A DNA stretch of 57,491 bases from Spirochaetota bacterium (GTDB lineage Bacteria > Spirochaetota > UBA4802 > UBA5550): NCBI GenBank assembly GCA_042569985.1, contig JBHPHB010000003.1, positions 1 through 57,491 on the forward strand, read 5' to 3'. Of the stretch, positions 27,717 through 37,595 are shown in pieces (position 1 is the first letter of the stretch; the number at the start of each line of letters is the position of its first letter). The notes beneath the pieces were generated by a model. It was not told the DNA's origin. It did no database searches and worked only from the letters and a program-made list of their open reading frames with translations. Made by a program: the position numbers and the translations under genes.

Positions 27717-28286
27717 ATGCATAACTTGAACCAGTTAAGCGATGAGGAGCTTGTTGGCCTGTACCGGGAAGGTAATGAAAGAGCCTTTAATGAGTTGTAT
27801 GCCCGGTATTCTGTTAAACTTAAAAAGTTGATATATTATTATCTTGGTAATTATGATATTATTAATGATATATTGAGTGAATCTTTCATTCGTGTTGTTA
27901 AACATATTGATAATTTTAATATTGAACTGACATTTTCATCCTGGGTTTATCAGATAACGATAAACTGCTGCAAAAATTTTATTAAAAGTAAAAAAAGACA
28001 GGATGTGATTTTAGAGAAACAAAAATTTAAAATTGAGGGGGTTGAAAATTACACTCCTTCAACTGAGGATATTGTGATAAACGAGTTTGACCTTGAAGCC
28101 TTTAATAGTGGCATAGACAGCCTCAAGGATAAATTCAGAGATGTTTTTGTCCTGAGATACGACCACAGGCTCAAGTATGAAGAGATATCAAGAATTTTGA
28201 ATTGTTCCGAAAGGACAGCAAAGTGGAGGATGAAAAAGGCGATTGAAATCATTTCTCAACACCTCAAGGATAATGGAATTATATAG
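27717..28286 (+). CDS. ECF-type RNA polymerase sigma factor (sigma-70 regions 2 and 4)
   Basis: Region 2 reads AFNELYARYSVKLKKLIYYYL...SESFIRV...FSSWVYQITINC. Region 4 reads VFVLRYDHRLKYEEISRILNCSERTAKWRMKKA. Confidence 0.88.
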   Translation: MHNLNQLSDEELVGLYREGNERAFNELYARYSVKLKKLIYYYLGNYDIINDILSESFIRVVKHIDNFNIELTFSSWVYQITINCCKNFIKSKKRQDVILEKQKFKIEGVENYTPSTEDIVINEFDLEAFNSGIDSLKDKFRDVFVLRYDHRLKYEEISRILNCSERTAKWRMKKAIEIISQHLKDNGII

Positions 28287-28288
28287 AT

Positions 28289-30283
28289 ATGGACGTTAAC
28301 AACGAAATAAAACATATTATCAAATCACTTCGGTCAAAGAAGAAATTTAAAGAAATTGATGGTGAAAAACTATTCAGCCTGTTTTCAAACAGCGTATTGG
28401 ATTTCACCGGTTCTGAGCTTGATGAAGATTCTGTTTTAACTGAAATAAAAGATTCTATCAAAAGCTCGGATGTTGCTGGGATTTCAGTATTTGATATAAT
28501 GAAAAGGCTGCGCTGGATTGCTTTCCCATCGGTTGCAATTTTTGTAGTGGCCTTCTTTTTGTTAACAAAAGAATTTATGCCCCCCGTTTTGGATAAGGCA
28601 AAAGTTTATTTTGTACGGGGGGATGTTGAACTCCTGAGAGGAAATAAGAGGTCAAAGCTGAAGTACGGAGATGATATCTTCAGTGGTGATAAAATAATCA
28701 CGGGCAAAAATTCAATCTCCGATTTTAGCTTTAATGATAAGGTTAAATTCAGGCTATCTCAGTATAGCGAGGCATCAATTTCCAGAATGAAAAGAGATGA
28801 TTCAAAAATTGATTTCACCATAAACATGGGCAGGGGAAGCGTATTATTGAACATTAGCAAACTCATGGCAGTTGATTCGGTAAAGGTAAAAACATCTGCT
28901 ACTGTTGCCGTAGTAAGGGGGACAGTGTTTGGTGTGAAAGTCAATAATAACAGGAGTGTTAAATTTGAAGTTTTTGAAGGAAAGATAAAAGTTGCTCACA
29001 GGATTCCAGATGAAAAATCAGACTTCAATAAATCAGTTAAAGTAAAGTTAAATGAATACTTTGAAAAAAACTCCAGGGTAATTAATAAAAATGAGGTGTA
29101 CAGCCTCAGAAATCTTGACAGCAAGATGCTCAACGGGTTATCCCGATATAATATTGATAGAAGATTGCCGGGGCTTTCAAAACCGGGAGTTAAGGTTGTG
29201 CGCCCTAAAGAATTTGAGATGTCCTCCGCGTTAGGTAAGTTTTTAGAGATCATGGTAAAGAAGGACCCCAATATTGCCAAAGATAAGATAAAGCTTATTG
29301 AAATGATTAAGGCAAATGATGCCAGGAAGAGAGAAGAAAGTTTCTTTAAGAAGTGGAGAAAAAGCAGGAGATCTAAATATGTACTTCATGTTAACAAGCC
29401 CAGGTTGTTGATCAGCGTGAGCAGTCAGGATTTAATTGAAGCATCTGATTTCAAAAGGATTAAATGGACCTTTAAAGAGAAAATAAGAGTTACTTCAAAA
29501 CCTGTATTTGATGACAGGCGATTATATTTTATTGGCGATAACCACAAGCTCTACGCATTGAATTTATATAACGGGAAAATCCTATGGGAAAAAATCATGT
29601 TTGGCACCATGAGAGGCAATATCAGGCTGGTCATTGACGGGGACAGTATTTATGCCGCTACTTCGGGTAAAATGCTGTACAGGCTGAGTAAAGACGGAAA
29701 GCAAAACTGGAGTATCGCTTTTAAGGATAAATTTGAAGTAACTCCAATCATCGGCAAGTATATGATTTTTCTTTCACTTAAGGGCGGAAAATTCTATGGT
29801 GTTGACAGGAAAAAAGGAATCAAGGTAATAAAGGTGGACTTTAAGTCACCCATTGGATCAATGTCAATTCTGAACAATAATATATACATGACAACAACAA
29901 GTGGAAAGCTGTTATGCTATAGTTATAAAAAAGATGAAATCATGTGGAGTTATAACTTAAAGGACAGGATTTCAACAGATATAATTGCTGATAATAAATA
30001 TTTGTATATTTTTACGACAAATGGCAAAATTTATAAATTCTCAAGTTCGGGAAAGATGGTCTGGAACACCGATATTAGTAATGAGATCAGCATTAATACA
30101 ATGAAGGATAACAGGTATTTATATATTGCCTCTGAAAGAACATTTTATATTATTGATAAGGATTTTGGAAGGGTAAAATGGTCCATTGTTTTGCCCAGGG
30201 TAATAGCAAAAAATATTGCAACTTCGAAAAATAAGGTTTTTCTCGTTTCCGATAAAAAGGGAATATTGATATTCAGAAAGTAA
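28289..30283 (+). CDS. Single-pass membrane protein with a FecR-like domain and a C-terminal PQQ-like (BamB-like) beta-propeller; candidate anti-sigma/sensor
   Basis: It starts 3 nt after the sigma stop. TM is IAFPSVAIFVVAFFLLT. FecR-like segment is VKTSATVAVVRGTVFGVKV. There are repeated PQQ-like units (LYALNLYNGKILWE, IYAATSGKMLYRLSKDGKQNWS, LLCYSYKKDEIMWS, IYKFSSSGKMVWN, FYIIDKDFGRVKWS). Confidence 0.7.
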   Translation: MDVNNEIKHIIKSLRSKKKFKEIDGEKLFSLFSNSVLDFTGSELDEDSVLTEIKDSIKSSDVAGISVFDIMKRLRWIAFPSVAIFVVAFFLLTKEFMPPVLDKAKVYFVRGDVELLRGNKRSKLKYGDDIFSGDKIITGKNSISDFSFNDKVKFRLSQYSEASISRMKRDDSKIDFTINMGRGSVLLNISKLMAVDSVKVKTSATVAVVRGTVFGVKVNNNRSVKFEVFEGKIKVAHRIPDEKSDFNKSVKVKLNEYFEKNSRVINKNEVYSLRNLDSKMLNGLSRYNIDRRLPGLSKPGVKVVRPKEFEMSSALGKFLEIMVKKDPNIAKDKIKLIEMIKANDARKREESFFKKWRKSRRSKYVLHVNKPRLLISVSSQDLIEASDFKRIKWTFKEKIRVTSKPVFDDRRLYFIGDNHKLYALNLYNGKILWEKIMFGTMRGNIRLVIDGDSIYAATSGKMLYRLSKDGKQNWSIAFKDKFEVTPIIGKYMIFLSLKGGKFYGVDRKKGIKVIKVDFKSPIGSMSILNNNIYMTTTSGKLLCYSYKKDEIMWSYNLKDRISTDIIADNKYLYIFTTNGKIYKFSSSGKMVWNTDISNEISINTMKDNRYLYIASERTFYIIDKDFGRVKWSIVLPRVIAKNIATSKNKVFLVSDKKGILIFRK

Positions 30284-30472
30284 AATAATATCTCACCTTT
30301 TGATTGACATTTAAATATAAATTTAGTATTTGCTCATAAAGCGGGCCACAAATATGCTGCATCCGTGGAAGGTTCGTTAATTTATCCACATCTAATTGGC
30401 AGTTGTAAAATTTATTTTTATTTAAAAAAAAATTACTTGAAATGTATAGCTTTTTTGTTTTAATAATTAATA

Positions 30473-30480
30473 ACCGATAA
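30473..30480 (+). promoter_or_regulatory. Sigma-28 (FliA)-like -10 element upstream of cheW
   Basis: ACCGATAA versus the consensus GCCGATAA, 108 nt before the cheW ATG. No good TAAA -35 at the expected 15-nt spacing. Confidence 0.25.
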
Positions 30481-30587
30481 TTAATATGTATTGTGGACAT
30501 TCCCCTATTTTCAGCCGGGGAAAGCAACATTGTATTGAATTATTAAGCAAGAGCTCAATAAACATTTAAGTAGGTTCAGGTGAAAAT

Positions 30588-31139
30588 ATGGATATAAGTG
30601 AATTGATAGAAAAGCAGAAGAGTTTAAGTGAGGAATTGGGCAATGGAAAGGTCGACCAATCTGAAGATGATAATATTGATGAGGACATAGTCCAATTTGT
30701 ATCCTTTATGCTGGAGGATGTAGAATACGGCATAGAAATTCTAACTGTCCATGAGATTTTACGCATACCCGATATGACAAGGCTTCCCAATGTACCCTCT
30801 TTTATTATTGGAGTTATAAACTTAAGGGGGAATATTATTCCCGTTGTTGATGTAAGGGAAAGGTTCTCAATTCCGCAAAAAGAGTATACGGAACAGACAA
30901 GAATAATTGTCATTGAAACCGATGATAAGCTTGTGGGTCTTTTGGTGGATTATGTTCACCAGGTTGTGAGGATTCCCCAATCACATATTGATGAGCCTTC
31001 AGACTTAATCGAGGGTGTTTCGGAAGAGTTTATCAGCGGTATCGCAAGAATGAGGGACAGGTTAATTGTGATTTTGAATATTACTAATTTAATTTTTGAA
31101 GAGGATGAGGTTGCACTTGAGAATAGTTTTACGGAGTAA
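30588..31139 (+). CDS. cheW: Chemotaxis coupling protein CheW
   Basis: FVSFMLEDVEYGIEILTVHEILRIPDMTRLPNVPSFIIGVINLRGNIIPVVDVRERF. Confidence 0.9.
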   Translation: MDISELIEKQKSLSEELGNGKVDQSEDDNIDEDIVQFVSFMLEDVEYGIEILTVHEILRIPDMTRLPNVPSFIIGVINLRGNIIPVVDVRERFSIPQKEYTEQTRIIVIETDDKLVGLLVDYVHQVVRIPQSHIDEPSDLIEGVSEEFISGIARMRDRLIVILNITNLIFEEDEVALENSFTE

Positions 31140-31142
31140 AAT

Positions 31143-34100
31143 ATGACATTTATGCTAGGCGAATATCAGGATATTTTTCTTGAAGAAGCAGATGAACAGC
31201 TTCAGGAACTCAATATTAATCTAATGGAGTTGGAAAAGGACCCGGAAAATACTGAGATCATCAATAATATTTTCAGAACAGCTCATTCTCTAAAAAGTTC
31301 TGCTGCCTTTGTGGGGCTTAATGATTTAAGTGACCTTGCCCACAAAATGGAAAATCTTCTCCAGGGTTTGCGGGATAATACTCTGACCATGAGTTCTGAG
31401 ATAGTTGATATCATATTTAAATGCTTTGATGAAATCAGTGCTGTTATTGATTCAATAGTCCAGGGTGAGAAACCGGAGCAGGATTTAACCTGGCTCATTA
31501 ATGAAATACATTTAATAAGTGAAAAAGGAAAAGTTGAAAAGGCCCAGCCTGTTCCTAAACCGGATAAAATGAATACACAAAAATTTACAATAAAATCGGA
31601 ACAATCAAGGATGATCCGGGAGGGAATAAAACTTAACAAAGGTTGTTTTGAACTTTCCGTACATATTAGTGAATCCGCTCAAATGAAATGGATTAAGGCC
31701 CAGCTTATTTTAACAAACCTGGAAAAGATTGGGGATATTGTAATTACAGACCCGCCATCAGATAATTTAAATGATGAAACATTGGATGGAATTTTTAAAA
31801 TTATACTTCTTTCTGAGGTGTCAGTGGAAGAGATAAAAAAAGCATGTGATATCGATCTCATAACCAGGGTGGATTTAAGAAGTATAAGCCTTGTTAAGAA
31901 AGACGGTAAACTGATGTTGAAGTTTGGTAAAGAAATGAACATACTTGAGGTTATGGAAGATGCAGAGTCTGAACCTGAGCCTCAGGAGAAAACGGTTGAT
32001 CCAACTGAAAAGGGTATTGGTTTTAGTGAGGATGAAGAATTTGAATTGGGAAGTGAAGAGATAAAGGATTTTAGCAAAGTAGAATATGAAAGGAGAAAGG
32101 CTCCCATTATTAGATCTGTGAAAGTATCAGTTGATAAACTTGACCAGCTTTTAAATAATGTGGGTGAATTGGTAATATCAAATTCCGGTTTTTTTAAGCT
32201 TTACGATGAGTTGAGAAGAGCCGGAATAGACAAGTCCTTCAGTAATGAATTTAAAAGCAGAATGGACCAGATGTCAAAAATTGCGAAGGATTTGCAAACG
32301 GGAATTATGAATACCAGGATGGTCGAAATTGGCAATGTCTTTACCAGGTTCAAGCGCCTGGTGAGGGACCTGACAAAGGAATCAAACAAGGATATAAAAT
32401 TAATTATTAAGGGCGAAGATACTGAACTTGATAAGAAAGTAATTGATGCAATTGGGGAACCTCTTTTGCATATTATAAGAAATGCAATAGACCATGGTAT
32501 TGAAGCGACGGAGGAAAGAGAAAAACTGGGGAAATCGCTGGATGCCAGCATAACTTTAAACGCGTACCAGGGGGGTAACCAGATATTTGTTGAAGTGAGC
32601 GATGACGGCCGTGGCATGGATATAAATGAGATAAAGAGAAAGATTGTGAGCAAAGGATTATCAACACAGGATATCCTGGCTAATATGGATGATATTGAAA
32701 TAATAAATCATATTTTTCTGCCCGGTTTTTCAACTGCAAAGGTTATTTCTGATATTTCCGGCAGAGGTGTTGGTTTAAACGTGGTAAAGGAAAGTGTTAC
32801 AGAGTTGAACGGAACAGTAAGCATTGAAACTGAGCCGGGTATGGGAACCAGGTTTATTCTTACGTTTCCTCTTACACTTGCCATCATTCCTGCAATAATG
32901 GTGAGGGTTCAGAGAGAAATGTTTGCAATTCCTCTTTCTGATGTTATTGAAACAATTAAGGTATCCCAATCCGAAATAACTACGATAGAAGGCCATGAGG
33001 TTATAAATCTAAGAGGAGAGATCCTATCAATTATTAGGCTAAATAATTTTATTGGCCTGGAAAGCGCTTTAAATGCTGACCAGAAGATTCCCGTTGTCAT
33101 TGTTGGTTTTGGAAGCAGAAAGGTGGGGCTAATGGTTGATTTCCTTGAAGGAAAGCAGGAAATTGTAATAAAGTCTCTCGATCAGAATTATAAAACTGTC
33201 GATGGATTAGCCGGTGCTTCCATACTTGGTGACGGCAGTATTGCCTTAATTATGGATATTGCAGTAATGATAAACAAGGTTATTGCTGATGAGGATAAAA
33301 TATCAAAAATTGCAAGAGAAAGAAAAATCCAGTTGAAACAGGCAGAATTACTGGAAAAAGCTGAAGTTGAAGCTGTAATTGAAAAAGGAGAGGAACTTAT
33401 CGATGATGAAATTGATAAGATTAAAGAAGAAAAAGAAAGGGATGAGGAAATCACCATTGCCGTGGAAACTCCTGAAGAAAAGATAAGTGTGGAAATACCT
33501 GCACGGGAAGAAGAGGAGAAGAAACCGGAAAAGACTGAACCTGTTGATGAAACTGATAAAGAGATCGGGGAGCCTGAAACTGACGAGGATGTTGATGATG
33601 AAATAAAGTTACAGGTGCAGGATACATTGGAGACTTTTAAAGAGGAATTGCGTAATAGTATTTCTTCAACAGTTGAGGGTGCCGGAGCAGATAATTATAT
33701 GAGTGATACTTTGAAGCTTGCAAAGGAAGACCTCAATCAATTCCAGGTCATTGCAAATGTTGGAGCTGCCAATGCCGCTGAATCGCTTTCTAAGATTATA
33801 AAGAAAAGAATCGACCTGTCTATTCCAGAGGTAATATACCTTCCCGTAGAAAAGATACCTGAGCATATTGGCAGTGTTGACAGTGTATACATTGGGGTTA
33901 TGATGAACATCCAGGGTGATTTAAACGGGACAATACTTTTTATCCTTCATGACCAGGTAGGATTTGACCTGATCGACTTGCTTTACGGGACAGAAAGCAG
34001 CAATATAAAGAAATTAGATGAGGATGGAGAGTCTGCACTTGTTGAATTGACAAATATTGTGGGGGCTTCGGTTATTAATGTATTTTCTGATAAAACTGAA

Positions 34101-34325
34101 CTTGTAATTATGACAAGCGTGCCAACGATAGTCCATGATTACATGCAGTCAATAATTGATTCCATCCTGGTTAAACATAGTATGCTCAGTGATTATGCAA
34201 TTATTATGGATACTGCTTTCTTTCTTGAAGATAACAGGGTGATAGGAAACCTTCTTCTCTTGGCCGAAGAGGATTCATTAAAAAATGTAATTCAGCGATT
34301 AACGTCAAATGTCGGCACCAATTAA
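31143..34325 (+). CDS. cheA: Chemotaxis histidine kinase CheA with a C-terminal CheC/CheX-like phosphatase domain (1060 aa)
   Basis: Hpt (FRTAHSLKSSAAFVG), dimerisation (VKVSVDKLDQLLNNVGELV), HATPase (LLHIIRNAIDHGIE, SDDGRGMD, SGRGVGLNVV) and a CheW-like P5 (FAIPLSDVIE...IMDIAVM). An E/K/D-rich linker spans about aa 705-850. The C-terminal ~205 aa contain SALVELTN-x22-P (S964/E968/N971/P994), which matches the CheC-family consensus. Confidence 0.88.
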   Translation: MTFMLGEYQDIFLEEADEQLQELNINLMELEKDPENTEIINNIFRTAHSLKSSAAFVGLNDLSDLAHKMENLLQGLRDNTLTMSSEIVDIIFKCFDEISAVIDSIVQGEKPEQDLTWLINEIHLISEKGKVEKAQPVPKPDKMNTQKFTIKSEQSRMIREGIKLNKGCFELSVHISESAQMKWIKAQLILTNLEKIGDIVITDPPSDNLNDETLDGIFKIILLSEVSVEEIKKACDIDLITRVDLRSISLVKKDGKLMLKFGKEMNILEVMEDAESEPEPQEKTVDPTEKGIGFSEDEEFELGSEEIKDFSKVEYERRKAPIIRSVKVSVDKLDQLLNNVGELVISNSGFFKLYDELRRAGIDKSFSNEFKSRMDQMSKIAKDLQTGIMNTRMVEIGNVFTRFKRLVRDLTKESNKDIKLIIKGEDTELDKKVIDAIGEPLLHIIRNAIDHGIEATEEREKLGKSLDASITLNAYQGGNQIFVEVSDDGRGMDINEIKRKIVSKGLSTQDILANMDDIEIINHIFLPGFSTAKVISDISGRGVGLNVVKESVTELNGTVSIETEPGMGTRFILTFPLTLAIIPAIMVRVQREMFAIPLSDVIETIKVSQSEITTIEGHEVINLRGEILSIIRLNNFIGLESALNADQKIPVVIVGFGSRKVGLMVDFLEGKQEIVIKSLDQNYKTVDGLAGASILGDGSIALIMDIAVMINKVIADEDKISKIARERKIQLKQAELLEKAEVEAVIEKGEELIDDEIDKIKEEKERDEEITIAVETPEEKISVEIPAREEEEKKPEKTEPVDETDKEIGEPETDEDVDDEIKLQVQDTLETFKEELRNSISSTVEGAGADNYMSDTLKLAKEDLNQFQVIANVGAANAAESLSKIIKKRIDLSIPEVIYLPVEKIPEHIGSVDSVYIGVMMNIQGDLNGTILFILHDQVGFDLIDLLYGTESSNIKKLDEDGESALVELTNIVGASVINVFSDKTELVIMTSVPTIVHDYMQSIIDSILVKHSMLSDYAIIMDTAFFLEDNRVIGNLLLLAEEDSLKNVIQRLTSNVGTN

Positions 34326-35379
34326 AGTTCTCATTGTAGACGATTCTTCTCTTGTAAGAAAAATAGTCACAGATATACTTCAAAAAGACTCAATGATTGA
34401 AGTTGTGGGGACTGCTTCCAATGGTAAAATTGCTCTCTATAAAAACAAAAAACTTAATCCCGATGTCATCACCATGGACATTGAAATGCCTATCCTTGAT
34501 GGGCTTGCTGCATTAGAAGAAATAATAAAAGCTGATCCAAAACCTGTAATTATGATGAGTGTTCTTACACAGCATGGGGCTGAAGCTACTTTTAAAGCAC
34601 TCAGGCTGGGAGCCGTGGATTTTATTCCAAAGCCATCAACATTATTAAATGTCAGTGTTGATGATATCAGCGAACTTTTGATAAAGAAAATAAAAAATGT
34701 TCATGATTTAAAAATTAAAGCCCCTGTGAGGGAAACTATTGGGAAGGAGGCTGCAGGAAAGGATTCAATAGCTTTAAAGGAAGTTAAAAAAAGTTATAAT
34801 GAAAACAGTGTAAGTCCCAGGATAATTGGGATGGGTACGTCTACAGGGGGACCTTCAGCTTTAATGGATATATTTAATACATTCCCCGATAATTTTCCTT
34901 CCCCTGTTTTGGTGGTGCAGCATATGCCTGAAGGATTTACAAAGCTGTTTTCTAACAGGCTCGATAGTATTTCAAAACTGAGGGTTAAGGAAGCTGAAGA
35001 TAATGACGATGTTTTGCCGGGACATGCATACCTGGCTCCAGGGGACTCACATATGCTATTAGAAAAGAAAGGCGGAAAATACATAATTAAGGTAAATAAA
35101 GATAAAAGAGTGTCCGGACACAGGCCTTCAATAGATGTTTTATTTAATTCAATTGCTGCCAATGCAGGCAATGATTCTGTAGGTGTTATAATGACAGGTA
35201 TGGGAAAGGACGGTGCCGATGGTATTAAAAATATCAAGAAAAAGGGTGGTTTTACCATTGCTCAGAATGAAGAAACATCTGTTGTTTACGGAATGAACCG
35301 GGTTGCAGTTGAAAAGGGAGTTATTGATGAAATTGTTCCCTTATTTAATATAATAAAAAAAATAGTTGAATATATTTAA
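34309..35379 (+). CDS. cheB: Chemotaxis response regulator protein-glutamate methylesterase CheB
   Basis: REC (IKVLIVDDSSLVRK, DVITMDIEMPILDG, IPKP) plus esterase (IGMGTSTGGP, VVQHMPEGFT, MTGMGKDGA). Overlaps cheA by 17 nt. Confidence 0.92.
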   Translation: MSAPIKVLIVDDSSLVRKIVTDILQKDSMIEVVGTASNGKIALYKNKKLNPDVITMDIEMPILDGLAALEEIIKADPKPVIMMSVLTQHGAEATFKALRLGAVDFIPKPSTLLNVSVDDISELLIKKIKNVHDLKIKAPVRETIGKEAAGKDSIALKEVKKSYNENSVSPRIIGMGTSTGGPSALMDIFNTFPDNFPSPVLVVQHMPEGFTKLFSNRLDSISKLRVKEAEDNDDVLPGHAYLAPGDSHMLLEKKGGKYIIKVNKDKRVSGHRPSIDVLFNSIAANAGNDSVGVIMTGMGKDGADGIKNIKKKGGFTIAQNEETSVVYGMNRVAVEKGVIDEIVPLFNIIKKIVEYI

Positions 35380-35545
35380 ATTATATATTTAATATACATT
35401 ATATCGATAATTTATATAGATGTATTATCTTGAAAAAGATAATATTTTCTTATTTTTTAAAAATAATTTTCCATATTATGATTGATTTTTATCATTAACA
35501 TCAATAATTTGGTAATAGAATTAAAAAGATTCAATGGAGAGGGAA

Positions 35546-35905
35546 ATGGCGTCTGTTTTAATTGTTGATGATGCAAAATTCATGAGAACGCTAGTCAAGG
35601 ATGCTTTAGTTCCTAGTGGACATGATATAGTAGGTGAAGCAGAAAACGGGAATGAAGCAGTAGAACTATATAAAAAGTTAAATCCTGATCTTGTTACTAT
35701 GGACATAACGATGAGAGAAAAGGATGGTATTGAGGCTGCAGAAGAAATATTAAGTTTAGATCCCCAGGCAAAAATCATTATGGTCACTGCCCTGGGACAG
35801 GAAAATCTCTTAACAAAGGCCATAAAATTAGGTGTTAAGGATTTTGTAGTAAAACCTTTTCCTCCAGAGAGACTTCAAAAGGCAGTTTCAAAAGCATTAA
35901 CCTAG
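35546..35905 (+). CDS. cheY: Chemotaxis response regulator CheY
   Basis: VLIVDDAKFMR, DLVTMDITM, MVTALG and FVVKPF. An alternative start is ATG 35534. Confidence 0.88.
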   Translation: MASVLIVDDAKFMRTLVKDALVPSGHDIVGEAENGNEAVELYKKLNPDLVTMDITMREKDGIEAAEEILSLDPQAKIIMVTALGQENLLTKAIKLGVKDFVVKPFPPERLQKAVSKALT

Positions 35906-35952
35906 TATTTATCTGATAATCAGATTATTAACATTTTAATATTTTGACAAAA

Positions 35953-35990
35953 ACCCCTCGAAAGGATTTCTTAATGGAGGGGTATTTTTA
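35953..35990 (+). terminator. Rho-independent terminator after cheY
   Basis: ACCCCTC (35953-35959) pairs with GAGGGGT (35977-35983) across a 17-nt loop, followed by ATTTTTA. Confidence 0.5.
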
Positions 35991-36108
35991 TAGCAGTGCT
36001 TCCATTAAAAATTAGGGAAATATTTAAATTGTTGATTTATTTACTCAGTTATAATTATGAGTTCATTTTGAGGATTATAAGAATATTTTATAAATATAAT
36101 ATAAATTT

Positions 36109-36879
36109 ATGCACGAATTAGATGAAAATAATGTAGTTGACCCACTGGAAAAAAAGCATGAGATCCATGCTGGTAGTTTTGACGGTCCCCTTGACCTGTT
36201 GTGGGACTTGATAAAAAAATCAAAAATTGATATTACAGAGATTCCAATTTCAAGTATTACTGAGCAGTATATTGAGTACCTTAAACTCATGGAAAGCCTG
36301 AATGTTAAAATTGCAGTTGAATTTATATGGATGGCATCTGAACTTCTGTATTATAAAAGTATTGCACTTTTACCATCGGAAGAACTTGATGATGAATATT
36401 TTGTTCCCCCCTTACCCCCGGGACTTATTGAGAAATTACTTGAATACAAGAAGTTTCAAAAGGCTTCCCGTGATTTAAAGACAATATTCATAGATCATAA
36501 TAATTCCTTTTCCAGAAAACATGATGTCATACCTGAGGTGACAAATGAGGAGGAAGAATATATTAATGTTTCACTCTTTGATCTGCTCAAAGCATTTGCC
36601 GATGTTCTGGAATCTCAAAGTGAGATTGAGCTTGATGAAATAGTATTTGACGAAATTCTGGTCAGTGACAGAATCGATTTGTTAAAAAAATTATTCATTG
36701 ATAATGAAGTACTGGTGTTCGAAGACGTCTTGAGTTCAAAAGCAAGTATTGGAGAGGTAGTTGCCACTTTTCTTGCAATATTGGAAATGACAAAGATTGG
36801 TGCTATCAAAATTATTCAGAGTAGAATATTCGGGGATATAAGAATAATGCGGAATTATACTGTAGAAAATACATCATAG
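36109..36879 (+). CDS. scpA: Segregation and condensation protein A
   Basis: FDGPLDLLWDLIKKSKIDITEIPISSITEQYIEYL; 256 aa; followed by scpB. Confidence 0.88.
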   Translation: MHELDENNVVDPLEKKHEIHAGSFDGPLDLLWDLIKKSKIDITEIPISSITEQYIEYLKLMESLNVKIAVEFIWMASELLYYKSIALLPSEELDDEYFVPPLPPGLIEKLLEYKKFQKASRDLKTIFIDHNNSFSRKHDVIPEVTNEEEEYINVSLFDLLKAFADVLESQSEIELDEIVFDEILVSDRIDLLKKLFIDNEVLVFEDVLSSKASIGEVVATFLAILEMTKIGAIKIIQSRIFGDIRIMRNYTVENTS

Positions 36880-36885
36880 AAAATT

Positions 36886-37506
36886 ATGAAGTCAAAAATA
36901 TCTGAAAATAATGAAAATACAGAAATCGTTGAACCAGATTCTTACGATTTTGATGAAGGTTCAATTGATAATGAAATATCTCTGAAGGGGTTATTTGAGG
37001 CAATACTTTATCTTAATAAAGAGCCAATATCAATTTCATTTTTTGTTAAAAAATTTTCAATTGATCGCACTAATGCTAAGATAATAATGGATTCACTTGT
37101 TGATGAATATGAGGAGCGAAATGGTGGAATTAAAATTGTTGAAATTGCCAATGGATATCAATTTGTAACTAATCCCGAATTTTCAGACCTTCTCAGGCAG
37201 GCAATGGGATTGAAGAAAGTGGAAACTCTTTCAAAGGGATTACTTGAGACCCTTTCCATCGTTGCCTATAAGCAGCCTATAGTTATTGCTGAGATTGATG
37301 AACTCAGGGGTGTCTCTTCGAGAATGATGGTGGCTAACCTTATGAAAAGGAACCTTATTAAACCGGTCGGCCGTAAAAGTGTTCCCGGAAGGCCGCTTCT
37401 ATATGGCACAAGTGATGAGTTTTTGAGGTTTTTTGGTTTAAACAGGCTATCTGATCTTCCAAAGCTATCTGAGATTAAAGAATTTTCAATTGATAGTTTA
37501 GAATAA
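36886..37506 (+). CDS. scpB: Segregation and condensation protein B
   Basis: LKGLFEAILYLNKEPISI, GYQFVTNPEF, LETLSIVAYKQPI and GRKSVPGRPLLYGTSDEFLRFFGL. Confidence 0.88.
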   Translation: MKSKISENNENTEIVEPDSYDFDEGSIDNEISLKGLFEAILYLNKEPISISFFVKKFSIDRTNAKIIMDSLVDEYEERNGGIKIVEIANGYQFVTNPEFSDLLRQAMGLKKVETLSKGLLETLSIVAYKQPIVIAEIDELRGVSSRMMVANLMKRNLIKPVGRKSVPGRPLLYGTSDEFLRFFGLNRLSDLPKLSEIKEFSIDSLE

Positions 37507-37595
37507 TGCAAATCCTCCGAGAAATATTAAGGTTACTTCTTACTAATTATAATCCTGTAAATAAATAAAATTTAAAAAAAGTGGTTAAATAAATT

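Noticed and set aside
35403-35410. ATCGATAA upstream of cheY as a second sigma-28 -10 box
   Set aside because: It matches only 6 of 8 positions, is part of the ATCGAT palindrome in very AT-rich sequence, and has no -35. This is indistinguishable from chance.
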